Assembly (NCBI GenBank): GCA_038885755.1
Contig: JAVZZH010000001.1
Location: 131,155 to 195,154 of the forward strand
Source of the DNA: Candidatus Caldarchaeum sp.
GTDB taxonomy: Archaea; Thermoproteota; Nitrososphaeria_A; Caldarchaeales; Caldarchaeaceae
Reading direction: 5' to 3'
DNA: 64,000 bases
Part shown: positions 36,318 through 45,909 of the stretch, one piece after another
Layout of the letters: each line of letters opens with the position of its first letter
Position numbering within the stretch: position 1 is the stretch's first letter
Notes under the pieces: model-generated
Told to the model about the DNA's origin: nothing
Seen by the model: only the letters and a program-made list of their open reading frames with translations
Databases searched by the model: none
Position numbers and translations under genes: made by a program

Positions 36318-37148
36318 TTACAGTATTCCCATGTTGTAGGCAAACAGCAGGTAGACGAGCACGGATAGAATGACGATAAACATTGTTGTCAGAATGATAT
36401 CGAATTTCTTAACTATTAATGTGCTATGATATCGTGCTGTTTTTGCACCGCCGCCTCTTATTTGGCTGCTGATGTTCAGCACGTCAACATAGTAAACGAT
36501 TTGCCGTGTAAGTGGTAGGATTACTGGCAATGCTTCCCGCGCTGCTTTTATTGGGTTGCGGGTTTTTGACCCCCATCCTCTCAGCCGCTGTGCTTTGGCA
36601 ATGATGGATATGGTTCTGAAAAGGTCAGGCACGAATTTGAGAGCGACGGTGACCACGTATATGACTTGGTATGGAAAGCGTAGGTATCTGAGAAGGAGGA
36701 CGTAGTCGGTCATCGACGTTGTGTAGATGAGTGTTAGTGTTACCATGGCTCCGAGGATAATGTGGCTGACATGCCCGAAAACCCAAAGGGCCGCGCCTGC
36801 TATGAGTTTAACATTGCCGATGAATGGAAAGGGGATTTCGAATAGAACCTGTGAGACAAATTCTTTCGGCCATACTTTGAAGAGCGCTGGGTTGGCCTGC
36901 GCCACACCTAGGATGAAATATTCGATGGACCTGTAGGCGGCGGCTGGAACGGCTATGACAAGCCATTTGGGCGGTGTTTTGGCTATTATAAACAACGCTG
37001 TGATAACAGCCGCAAGAACCGCGAGATAGTATGGGTCATAGTAGAAGCTTACGAGCATTAAAAGCGAGATATACAAGGTGACACGGGGCAACGGGTTTAA
37101 ACGGTGGAGGATTGTTCCCTTAGGTTCGTATTCAAACCACTGCGGCAA
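36318..37148 (-). CDS. ecfT: ECF transporter transmembrane component (EcfT/CbiQ family)
   Basis: Multi-TM protein with an AQRLRGW-type coupling motif. It directly abuts the ATPase gene. Confidence 0.7.
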   Translation of the reverse strand: MPQWFEYEPKGTILHRLNPLPRVTLYISLLMLVSFYYDPYYLAVLAAVITALFIIAKTPPKWLVIAVPAAAYRSIEYFILGVAQANPALFKVWPKEFVSQVLFEIPFPFIGNVKLIAGAALWVFGHVSHIILGAMVTLTLIYTTSMTDYVLLLRYLRFPYQVIYVVTVALKFVPDLFRTISIIAKAQRLRGWGSKTRNPIKAAREALPVILPLTRQIVYYVDVLNISSQIRGGGAKTARYHSTLIVKKFDIILTTMFIVILSVLVYLLFAYNMGIL

Positions 37149-38870
37149 TCAGCTCACCTTAATCTGTTGTATGAATTCTTCCACTCTGAGAACGTCCGGC
37201 CTGAAACCCACGTCTGAAAGGTTTTGAGCAAGCTCCGTTATTTGTGGCGGCTTTAAAGAAGCCTTGTCAAGAATTTCTCTCTGAGAGAAAACTTCTCTAG
37301 GAGTACCGTCGAGTAAAATCTTGCCATCCGCCATGACTATAACGCGGTCGGCAAACTCTGAGACAAGCCGCCTATCATGGGTAATAATCACAAGGGATGT
37401 TCCCATGTTTTTGAGGTTTTTGATTATTTCCATCAACCTAAGAGAATCTTTTCTGTCGAGACCTGATGTCGGCTCGTCTATGATTATTATCTTCGGCTCT
37501 AGGATGAGAATACTTGCGAGGGCTACGAGTGTGCGTAGGTATCTTGGCAGGTCTATTATGAGTTCTTTTTTTACATGCGGAATGCCGAGTAGATTTAAGG
37601 TGTTGTCGATGAGTTTTTCGATTTCTTTAGGTGAGTATCCGAGGTTTTTCGGGCCAAACGATAACTCATCTTCAACGGTTTTACTGAAGAGCATGTTGCT
37701 AGGATTTTGGAAAACATAGTTGATTTTCCGAACAACTTCTTTGGGGTCTGCTTTGATAACGTCCAATCCGAGGACGTTTATTTCGGCGTCTGGGTTTGTT
37801 GGTTTGTATACGCCCACGAGTGTTAGGGCCAAGGTTGATTTTCCAGAACCGTTCTGTCCAATAATCGCCGTCAACTCTCTTTCGTAGAGCATCAAGTCGA
37901 CGCCATCCAAGGCACGAACACCGTTTGGATATACGTAGGTAATTCTCTTCGCTATCACTACTGGGTTGCCTCTTGCTTTTTGAAAGTTTTTCACACCTGT
38001 GTTTGGAATGATTTTCACCCGGCCCGATGAAATCAGTTTCCGCATCTCCTCTTCCGCGCCGTCCAAAGTTCCCCTAATCTTCGTTGTCAGACCTATTTCC
38101 CTCAGTCTTTCAAAAAGCTCTGCGACTTGAGGAGCTCCTACACCGGTGTATTTGAGACAGCTGTTTTCCACGGCTTCGTCAGGCGTGCCGTCGAAAATTA
38201 TTTTCCCCTTGTCCAGAACAACAACTCTGTTTACGATGTTAAGAACATCCTCCAAGTCTGCACCGGATTCAGCAATTATACAGGTCATTCCATATCTTTT
38301 GTTCAAATCTTTTATGGCTTCGAGAACGAGGCTTTTGCCGATCGGGTCTAGCATGGAGATGGGCTCGTCTAACGCTAAAACCTTGGGCCTCATGGCTAAA
38401 ACACCTGCGATGCTCAGAGCCTGCTGCTGCCCTCCACTCAACTCTTTCGGATGCCGGAGCAAAAGTGGTTTAAGCCTTGTCGCGGAAACAGCATATTCAA
38501 CTCTTTCTTCTATTTCGTGAAGCGGCATGCCAAGGTTGATCGGGCCGAATGCGACGTCGTCTTTCACGGTTAGGCTGAATACCTGCACGGTCGGGTCGTC
38601 TAAAACAAGTCCTACCGTAGGAGCCATCTCTGCTACTAAATAGCTTCTTGGATTTTTTCCTGCGACCGATATTTCCCCCTCTATCTTGGCCGGGATGACG
38701 TTTGGGATCAATCCGTTGAGCAGGAAAAGAAGAGTTGTTTTTCCAGACAGCAGGGGGCCCACCAATGCGACGAATTCACCCTCTTCGACGGATAAGCTCA
38801 CATTGTCGAGTGCTTTTTCACTCCTATGTAAATAGTTTACACTTACGTTTTTCAACTCAATTAGCGGCAT
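37149..38870 (-). CDS. Fused tandem ECF/ABC ATPase (EcfA1-EcfA2)
   Basis: Two complete ABC cassettes are present: GPLLSGKTT/LSGGQQQ/ALDEP and GQNGSGKST/IIIDEPTSGLD. Confidence 0.85.
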   Translation of the reverse strand: MPLIELKNVSVNYLHRSEKALDNVSLSVEEGEFVALVGPLLSGKTTLLFLLNGLIPNVIPAKIEGEISVAGKNPRSYLVAEMAPTVGLVLDDPTVQVFSLTVKDDVAFGPINLGMPLHEIEERVEYAVSATRLKPLLLRHPKELSGGQQQALSIAGVLAMRPKVLALDEPISMLDPIGKSLVLEAIKDLNKRYGMTCIIAESGADLEDVLNIVNRVVVLDKGKIIFDGTPDEAVENSCLKYTGVGAPQVAELFERLREIGLTTKIRGTLDGAEEEMRKLISSGRVKIIPNTGVKNFQKARGNPVVIAKRITYVYPNGVRALDGVDLMLYERELTAIIGQNGSGKSTLALTLVGVYKPTNPDAEINVLGLDVIKADPKEVVRKINYVFQNPSNMLFSKTVEDELSFGPKNLGYSPKEIEKLIDNTLNLLGIPHVKKELIIDLPRYLRTLVALASILILEPKIIIIDEPTSGLDRKDSLRLMEIIKNLKNMGTSLVIITHDRRLVSEFADRVIVMADGKILLDGTPREVFSQREILDKASLKPPQITELAQNLSDVGFRPDVLRVEEFIQQIKVS

Positions 38871-38896
38871 TTCTGTAAAAAGAAAAAAAGATTTGA

Positions 38897-39724
38897 TTAT
38901 TTAGTTGCAACAGCTGGTTTCCCTGCAGCTTGGACGAGCCTCGACTCGTAGTAGAAGCTCCCTATCAAAGTGCCGATGAACTGTGCGACAAAGCTTGATA
39001 TGACGAATCCAGCGGGGCTGATGGCCCAAGCTACGTTAGCCAAGGCAGCTTCAAACGGGTTGTTTGTGAAATAGTTTGTGATAACCCATCCCGAGAAGTG
39101 TACACCCATGAATACAAACGCCATCAAAACCGTCAACAGATTCCTGGCAGTCGCTCCCAACGGCCTGCTGCGAACCACGTACCAAAAGATTATCGACGAA
39201 ATAGCCCAGATGCCGCCGTCCATCAACGCGTAAGCTACGACGATGTTTGGCGTGGCAACCCATGGAGCCAGCCCAAGCGCGTAGCGGAGGATAAAGGCAA
39301 CTGCTGTTCCGAGAAAAGCCGTGAAAGGCCCGAAATACACAGCCGCAAACGCCGTCACCAAGGCGACTGTATCTATGTTTATTGGTCCTGGAAGCCCTGC
39401 GACGGTAGCCACAGCCGCGACAATAGCTGACGCTGATAGAAAATACGGCGAAGAAACGGAATATCTACCTTCAGGTACATATTTTCCCGGCGGCGCAAGC
39501 CATTCCTTCTTAGTTGAGAAAAGTGAAATCGCCACGAATCCCGGAATTGTGTAGATAAGAATGGCGTTCATGTAGAAGAGAGCCTGACGGGTTGGCGAAT
39601 GGCTCACTCCCCAGACAGGAGATGGAGTGTTTATGGCGAGGTTGATGAGAATGCCGACGACGGCGCTGACGACAGCGACTAAGACCAATAGTGTGTTCCT
39701 ACCTTTCGCAACCAGCCTGCTCAT
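38897..39724 (-). CDS. Polytopic membrane protein, putative ECF substrate-capture (S) component
   Basis: About 7-8 TM segments. It is the first gene of the ECF operon. No family recognised. Confidence 0.45.
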   Translation of the reverse strand: MSRLVAKGRNTLLVLVAVVSAVVGILINLAINTPSPVWGVSHSPTRQALFYMNAILIYTIPGFVAISLFSTKKEWLAPPGKYVPEGRYSVSSPYFLSASAIVAAVATVAGLPGPINIDTVALVTAFAAVYFGPFTAFLGTAVAFILRYALGLAPWVATPNIVVAYALMDGGIWAISSIIFWYVVRSRPLGATARNLLTVLMAFVFMGVHFSGWVITNYFTNNPFEAALANVAWAISPAGFVISSFVAQFIGTLIGSFYYESRLVQAAGKPAVATK

Positions 39725-40254
39725 GACAGCAGTATTTTAATGCTGCTACTGGTTATTAAATTTTATTACCTAATACGTAGCATGGTCCTGATGATGCCTT
39801 GAATATTCGTGATAACCAGTCTAGACTCTTTCAGAAGGGAGAAATCATCCAATCTTCAGATATCCTCCTCGTCTGGGCACTACCTGATACGTGGAAATTA
39901 AGCTTTATCCGGTAGGCCTTTGCCGTGGCTGCTCTTCAGAATACACGTATTTCATCGACTACCCCCTTCCTTTGGAGGTATCGGGATTGGGTGTATTCAA
40001 GGGCTGCCGTAAATATAATGGACGAGGCCAGCAGGGAGAGGAGCCTAGCTAGGTTCCCAACATTCCTTATGAGGATGCTTTTGGCATGAGTAGGCGTATT
40101 ACCCTGCTGACATTCCTGATAAGCGATGTTTTCAGGATGAGAGGGTGTCTAGATGGGATGGTGTTTTGAAAGAAGAAGACGTCATAGAAAGCCTTATCCG
40201 GATACTGCCTGACTGTTCTGCATGTTTATATTTAGCATATGAAAATTTCAAGCT

Positions 40255-41289
40255 GTGAAGGCGGCTCTTCTTTTCGGGCCTTCAGACCTTCGAATCGGCG
40301 ATGTTCCTGTTCCGAAAATCAGCGATGACGAAGTTTTGGTTAAAGTCAAAGCTATTAGTGTGTGTCCTAGTGATGTTAGAACTTTCCGAGGTGTTTACAA
40401 AAGCAGAATTTTCGAATACGGTTTGGACAGCTACGGGATGTCGGGACATGAATGGGCCGGTGAAATCCTTGAGGTCGGTCCAAGAATAAAGCATTTACAG
40501 CCCGGCGACAAAATTGTCCCCGAAATAATCATTCCATGCGGCTTGTGCAAGCTGTGCAGACGTGGTCTAACAAACCTATGCATACGGAAAAAACCCGTTT
40601 TGCGCGGATATGCCGAATACGCTGTTGCGAAAGGATTTTACAGCTACAAAGTTCCTAAAAATGTGAGTATTCAGGAAGCAGCTTTGACCGAACCTGTCGC
40701 CGTCAGTATAAGAGCTAACATGCGAACAAACTGTCTGCCGGGCGACTTGGTTTTGGTTGTGGGAGCTGGGCCGATGGGCTTGCTAAACCTGATGGTGGCG
40801 AAAAAATTCGGCTTCAGGGTGGTTGTTTCGGAAATAAATTCCGAAAGGCGGCGGATAGCCCGCGAACTGGGCGCGGATGCCGTGGTCAACCCGGCTGAGG
40901 AAAAGCTGGAAGACGTGATAAAGTCCGAGGGTGATGGACTGGGGGCTGACGGAGTGATTATGGCGACGGGGGCCAAGGCTGCTATCGAATCCGCCGTGAA
41001 AGTAGTGAGGCCATTCGGAACAGTAGTATTGTTCGCATCCACCTATCCCAAAGAAGACATCGTCCTAGACCCTAACACAATACACTACGGCGAAATTAAT
41101 ATTACCGGCAGCTTCGACCACTTGCCAGTGGATATGGAAAGAGCGTTAGTGTTCATGGAGAAAAAGGAAATAGACGTGATGAAGATCATCTCAAAGTTTT
41201 TTGAACTTGAAAATTTGGAGGAAGCGTTCATCTACTGGGAAAAAAGTGCTGGCTTGAAACCAATGATTTTAATGAGCGAATCGCCATGA
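40255..41289 (+). CDS. Zn-dependent MDR alcohol/polyol dehydrogenase
   Basis: Contains GHEWAGEILEVG, the structural-zinc motif CGLCKLCRRG, and VVGAGPMGL. Confidence 0.85.
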   Translation: MKAALLFGPSDLRIGDVPVPKISDDEVLVKVKAISVCPSDVRTFRGVYKSRIFEYGLDSYGMSGHEWAGEILEVGPRIKHLQPGDKIVPEIIIPCGLCKLCRRGLTNLCIRKKPVLRGYAEYAVAKGFYSYKVPKNVSIQEAALTEPVAVSIRANMRTNCLPGDLVLVVGAGPMGLLNLMVAKKFGFRVVVSEINSERRRIARELGADAVVNPAEEKLEDVIKSEGDGLGADGVIMATGAKAAIESAVKVVRPFGTVVLFASTYPKEDIVLDPNTIHYGEINITGSFDHLPVDMERALVFMEKKEIDVMKIISKFFELENLEEAFIYWEKSAGLKPMILMSESP

Positions 41290-42722
41290 TTTTAGGCTTG
41301 GATGTGGGCACCGGCAGTGTGAAAGCTGTTGCATTGTCCGACGAAGGTAAGGTCGTTTGGCAGTCACATCGCGACCTCCCCAACGTAGTTGCTGACGGGG
41401 AAAAGGTTGAGTTCGACGCTGAAATATGGTATGCTAGAAGCATTGATTTACTGAGAGAATTCGCAAGCAAGTTCAAGCCACGCGACCTCACGCTTTGCAT
41501 CGGTGGACAGGCACCTAGCATCGTTCCCGTGGACAGAAATGGTCGCCCTCTTCACCATGCCTTAGTTTGGATGGATGGTCGTGCTGTTGCTGAGGCTGAA
41601 AAACTGCGAAATTTAACCGGCGAAGACGTCGACCCGTTCACGGCTGAATCTAAGCTTCTGTGGTTCATGAACAACCTTCCTTCTGTTTATAAGAAAACAT
41701 TTTGTTTTTTACACGCCTTCGATTTCGTCGCTTTCCGGCTGACCGGTTCGGCGACCGTGGGTTTGCTCGACGAGCAGTACTACACGTGGGAAAGCATTCC
41801 TTACTGGAAACCGGAACACCTCAGCATGACGGAATTTGAGTTGGAGAAGCTTCCGGAGCCAAGGCTGATAGGAGATGAAATCGGCCCTGTTAAGGAAAGC
41901 GTGGCAAAAATGCTGAATATTCCATCGACTACTGTTATTCAGGGAACGGCTGATTTCGCCCACAGCATCGTCGGAGTCGGGGCTGTTAAACCAAGCGTGG
42001 CCATGGACCATGGCGGAACTTCACAGGGCTTTGACCTATGTTGGCATGAAGAGCTAAGACCTTCGAAGAGAGAATTCAACTGCGTCCGACATATTGTGAG
42101 AGGTTTTTGGAACATCAGCGGTGTAATGAACACTACAGGAGCTGTGTTAAGATGGTTCCGCAACAATTTCTACCCACCTGAATCATCGTATACCTTAGTC
42201 GATGCTGAGGCAGCAAAATGTGAAAACGTGCAGCTCATAGTCCTACCGTATTTTCAGGGTGAAAGAACTCCAGTCTGGAACCCTTATGCTCGGGGCGTCT
42301 TCTTCGGTCTTCAGCTTAGACACGGCCGTGGTGATGTTGCGAGAGCTATTATGGAGGCGACGGCTTATGGGTTGAGGCGGATTGTCGAATTCATTAAAAA
42401 AGCGGGCGGCCGGCTTGACGAGCTACGTGTTGCCGGAGGTCAGGGAAACAGCGACCTCTGGAACCAGATAAAAGCCGACGTATTAGGGGTCAAAGTTATC
42501 AAACCCTCGATAAGCGACGCAGCACCTCTTGGCGCAGCCTTGGTCGGAGCTGTCAGCAAACAAATCTACAAAGACTACAGCGAATCAGCCGAGAAAGCAG
42601 TCGTAATCGAAAAAACCTTCAACCCCAACCCAACGAAAACAGAAACATATGACAAAAAATACGAAACATACATTGAACTATACGAAGCCGTAAAACATCT
42701 ATTCATCAAACTCGACCACTAA
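41286..42722 (+). CDS. FGGY-family carbohydrate kinase (xylulokinase/LsrK-like)
   Basis: MILGLDVGTGSVKAV, the FGGY N and C domains, and GGQGNSDLWNQIKADVLG. It has a 4-nt ATGA overlap with the dehydrogenase gene. Confidence 0.85.
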   Translation: MILGLDVGTGSVKAVALSDEGKVVWQSHRDLPNVVADGEKVEFDAEIWYARSIDLLREFASKFKPRDLTLCIGGQAPSIVPVDRNGRPLHHALVWMDGRAVAEAEKLRNLTGEDVDPFTAESKLLWFMNNLPSVYKKTFCFLHAFDFVAFRLTGSATVGLLDEQYYTWESIPYWKPEHLSMTEFELEKLPEPRLIGDEIGPVKESVAKMLNIPSTTVIQGTADFAHSIVGVGAVKPSVAMDHGGTSQGFDLCWHEELRPSKREFNCVRHIVRGFWNISGVMNTTGAVLRWFRNNFYPPESSYTLVDAEAAKCENVQLIVLPYFQGERTPVWNPYARGVFFGLQLRHGRGDVARAIMEATAYGLRRIVEFIKKAGGRLDELRVAGGQGNSDLWNQIKADVLGVKVIKPSISDAAPLGAALVGAVSKQIYKDYSESAEKAVVIEKTFNPNPTKTETYDKKYETYIELYEAVKHLFIKLDH

Positions 42723-43228
42723 CCGGTATGGGCGTTTGACCAAAACTCCTACCAGCTGAAATGCTCTAGTGAAAAACTATGACGGAGTTGTTGTATCTTT
42801 TCACTTTAAAAACGTTTAGAAAATAAGATCAAGTAGCCCGCCGAAAAAACCAAATAAGCCCTACCGGTGAGCTTGTGTTGCGACGGATTATGTTTGTTTC
42901 GTTTCTAGTTCTTCTCTTTCTGCTTTCCATTAAACATGTCTCTAGGTCTGCCGCCACTTGTCTGGGTCCTGCATTCTTTTAACGGCTTCGAGTACAATTC
43001 AGTCGATAAGCACGATTTTTTGGGTCTGCTGATAAGCTCGGTCTTGTTCCACCGCTACCGTGGAGGTTAGGACTTTTGATGTGGTTTTGTTCTGTGCAGC
43101 TCCACCCGCCGTTGTTGTCGCGATGTTGGCGACAGTTTTGGCTATCCTCAGCCCTGTCTAGGCCCATCCAGTCCCAGCCGCTGTCACGAATAATACAGCC
43201 AAAACGGTCTCGGACCACGGGGCAATGC

Positions 43229-43993
43229 CTAGGTCAGCGGTAAAAGCTTTTCGGGTGAAAACCCTTCATGGATAATGCTGTTGAGGGCCTTTGTGATTTT
43301 TTCAGGGCTGGGGTGTTGGAAGATGTTTCTACCAAAAGCAACCCCCGCTCCTCCGGCGGATATGCTTTCGTAAACCATCTGCAAAACCTCCGAGTCCGAC
43401 TCCACAAACTCGCCTCCCAACACAACCACTGGGACAGGGCATGTGCTGACAACATACCTGAAGCTTTCCACACTGCCGGTGTACATCGTTTTTATGAAGT
43501 CGGCTCCATACTCAGCGCCTATCCTGGCGATCTTAGCGATTTCAACGGCCGAGGTCATGGCTGGCTTGCCGGGATACATCTCAGCTAGAACGGGGATTCC
43601 GAAATCTCCAGCTGCGACACACAGGGCCCACAGTGTCTCAAGCTCTTGTCGCTCGTTCTCGCCGCCAAATTTGACGAAATATTTTACCGCATCGGCTCCA
43701 TGGTTTGAAGCTGCTTTGACACTCTGCGGTATTGTCGAGGGGGATCTGTCTTGAAGGTTCAGTATCCAGCCCAAGTTTCTCCTCGCTAGAGAGGGTGCGT
43801 ACTCCTTTAGCAAACCTAGATTCGTCATCACTGCGTCGACCCCTGCTCCCACGACTTTAGCGAGAATCTCCGAAGGCTTCTCAGAACCCTTAACAGGCCC
43901 CATGAAAGAACCATGGTCGAACGCAAAGATGAGGCTGCGTCCATCGGCTTGGAATATGCGTTTAAGACGAATAGCTTTACCGGGGTAGCTCAC
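43229..43993 (-). CDS. DhnA/LsrF-type class I aldolase
   Basis: LIFAFDHGSFMGP...DAVKYFVKFGG...FIKTMYTG matches the class I FBA/DeoC-LacD pattern. The start is GTG. Confidence 0.75.
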   Translation of the reverse strand: MSYPGKAIRLKRIFQADGRSLIFAFDHGSFMGPVKGSEKPSEILAKVVGAGVDAVMTNLGLLKEYAPSLARRNLGWILNLQDRSPSTIPQSVKAASNHGADAVKYFVKFGGENERQELETLWALCVAAGDFGIPVLAEMYPGKPAMTSAVEIAKIARIGAEYGADFIKTMYTGSVESFRYVVSTCPVPVVVLGGEFVESDSEVLQMVYESISAGGAGVAFGRNIFQHPSPEKITKALNSIIHEGFSPEKLLPLT

Positions 43994-44190
43994 AGCGATG
44001 CCAGGGTGTTATTACGACTTTTAATACTTTTCCTCCGCAAGCGGGTTTGCAGAGCTTCTACAATTCTCTCCAGAGGCATTCTGTGGGTTATGAGAGGTTT
44101 GACTTTTACAAAACCTCGCTGTATTAGCGTCAAGGCTGTTTTGACGTCTTTTTTAGTTCCCCCGCAAGTGCCCGTGATGACTAGTCGATG
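43994..44190 (-). pseudogene. MDR alcohol dehydrogenase C-terminal remnant
   Basis: The minus frame reads ITGTCGGTKKDVKTALTLIQRGFVKVKPLITHRMPLERIVEALQ.., starts right after stops, and has a terminal frameshift. Its stop overlaps the aldolase GTG (GTGA). Confidence 0.55.
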
Positions 44191-44300
44191 CTTATCTCAT
44201 TTTTACGATGGGTTGGCGAAAGAGCCGGCAATTCCTCTTGTTTGAAGACTCGGCGAATCAGGCCGGGGCTATCCTTCTCGGGCATGCTCGAGACCGCCTC

Positions 44301-44483
44301 TCATATGCTGACAGCGTCCTCTAGTGGTCTTATCCTCTCCTCAAGCTCGGGTGAGAAGGGGGCATAGCCGAACATCCTCAGAGCCTTGTCCGCCTTCTCG
44401 AACTCGCTCCTAACCATCTCAGGCGGCGGAAGATAATAGATTTTCTCGACGTCCGAGTTATGCTCAATTAAAAGCTTATTCAC
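44301..44483 (-). CDS. Small hypothetical protein (60 aa)
   Basis: ORF only. No family recognised. Confidence 0.3.
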   Translation of the reverse strand: MNKLLIEHNSDVEKIYYLPPPEMVRSEFEKADKALRMFGYAPFSPELEERIRPLEDAVSI

Positions 44484-44768
44484 GCCAGCAGATTAGCATC
44501 TCACGGCCCCGTCCTGTCGTGGTCGCTTCGGGTTGGAGGGTGATTACGCCCCGGCCTAGGTTGACCTAGGCCCTAAGTTGAAGACGATCCTGCTGGTTAG
44601 TGCGGCCATTTTGTCGAGGTATAGGCTTGGCTTTGTCATCATACAGGCTCAGAGCAGAAGCCCTGCGGCGGATAGACTGCGGCTGGCCATCTTTATGGTT
44701 CGAGCTCAGCCATCTCAGCTAAATCTTAAATCCTCTAGATGTTTGACTATGGGTTAGTGGCTTGAAGC

Positions 44769-45485
44769 GTGGAGGCCGAGGATAGTCTCAAACGACAGTT
44801 GATGAACACGATAGCCGGCGAGGTGATTTTTTCGCCGAGGCCTGGGGATGCTTTGAAGAAGTGGAGGTTGTTGTTTGAGGAGAGTCAGAAGAACTTGGCC
44901 AAGGCCATGGGTGTGGCCTCTTCTGTTTTGAGCGATTACGAGAAGAACCGCCGGAAGTCCCCGGGCACGGAGTTCATCAGAAAGTATGTCAACGCCTTGA
45001 TTAGGTTGGACGAGGCGAAGGGCGGGCTGCACATCAGGAAGTACGCCGGCTCCGTCAGGGATTTGTCCGGTGTCGTGCTGGGTATTGCTGAATACACCTC
45101 ACCCAGGACGCTGGATGAGGTCGCTGACGCCATTAAGGGTGTTTGGCTTGCTGGGCAAGGGTTGAGGGATTCCTATGTCTACGGATACACCGTGGTGGAT
45201 AGTCTTCGTGCGATAAAGAACCTCGACTCTCACGATTTTCTAAGGCTGTTCGGCGGAAACTCTGTCAGGGTTGTGGTGTTCACAAACGTCTCCAGAGGTA
45301 GGTCTCCCATCATAGCCGCCAAGATCTTCCCGATAAGGCCTCGGATGATAGCTATTCACGGGCCTCGGGGAAAGGAGGATGTCGACCCGTTCGCCGTGGA
45401 GCTGGCTGCGTCTGAGGGCATACCCTACGTCCTGTCTCTCCACAAAACGGTTGAAGACATACTGGACGGGCTCAGCTCGTTGTAG
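44769..45485 (+). CDS. Archaeal HTH (XRE-type) transcriptional regulator with C-terminal conserved domain (COG1395-like)
   Basis: ESQKNLAKAMGVASSVLSDYEKNRRKSPG is a helix-turn-helix. It is followed by an uncharacterised domain of about 150 aa. Confidence 0.65.
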   Translation: MEAEDSLKRQLMNTIAGEVIFSPRPGDALKKWRLLFEESQKNLAKAMGVASSVLSDYEKNRRKSPGTEFIRKYVNALIRLDEAKGGLHIRKYAGSVRDLSGVVLGIAEYTSPRTLDEVADAIKGVWLAGQGLRDSYVYGYTVVDSLRAIKNLDSHDFLRLFGGNSVRVVVFTNVSRGRSPIIAAKIFPIRPRMIAIHGPRGKEDVDPFAVELAASEGIPYVLSLHKTVEDILDGLSSL

Positions 45486-45909
45486 GAGCGTCGGCTCTCT
45501 TGACGAGCCTAGCGTTCAGTATGCCGTTTACATACCTCAGCTCTCTCAAGATAGCCTCGTAGGGTAGCTTGACAGTCCGCCTAAAACCCATCCCGCCTTT
45601 GAGCACCAGCTTCCTCCCAAGCAGCTCTACCTTGACGTTGCTCTCAGGGCCGGGGACTTGCGCCGTGAGGTCGACCACATCCCCCTCATGTCTTATTTCG
45701 AGCAGGAAGTCATCCCACGACGGTGAGGCTAGGCTCTTGTTAAAGGCTTTGAACCAGTAGACAGCAAGCCCGGCTGCTAGGCCTCCGAGAACAAGGCCTA
45801 ATAGCCCTGTCTGGAGACGCAGCATGAACGAGAGCACCGCGACTCCGACTAGGAACAGTAGGAGATAGCCCAACCCGCTGAACCCTGTTTTCTTGACGTC
45901 TCCGCTCAA
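45472..45909 (-). CDS. Membrane-anchored Hsp20/alpha-crystallin-domain protein
   Basis: Two N-terminal TM helices are followed by VVDLTAQVPGPESNVKVELLGRKLVLKG...VNGILNARL. It has a 4-nt overlap with the upstream gene. Confidence 0.6.
   Translation of the reverse strand: MSGDVKKTGFSGLGYLLLFLVGVAVLSFMLRLQTGLLGLVLGGLAAGLAVYWFKAFNKSLASPSWDDFLLEIRHEGDVVDLTAQVPGPESNVKVELLGRKLVLKGGMGFRRTVKLPYEAILRELRYVNGILNARLVKRADAPTTS

Noticed and set aside
39780-39835. Possible C/D box sRNA (UGAUGA ... GUGAUAA) in the ECF/dehydrogenase intergenic region
   Set aside because: No CUGA D or D' boxes occur at the required 12-nt spacing on either strand.
42979-43218. 79-aa minus-strand ORF between the kinase and aldolase genes
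   Set aside because: No start context and no family resemblance. It lies in a convergent-terminator spacer.
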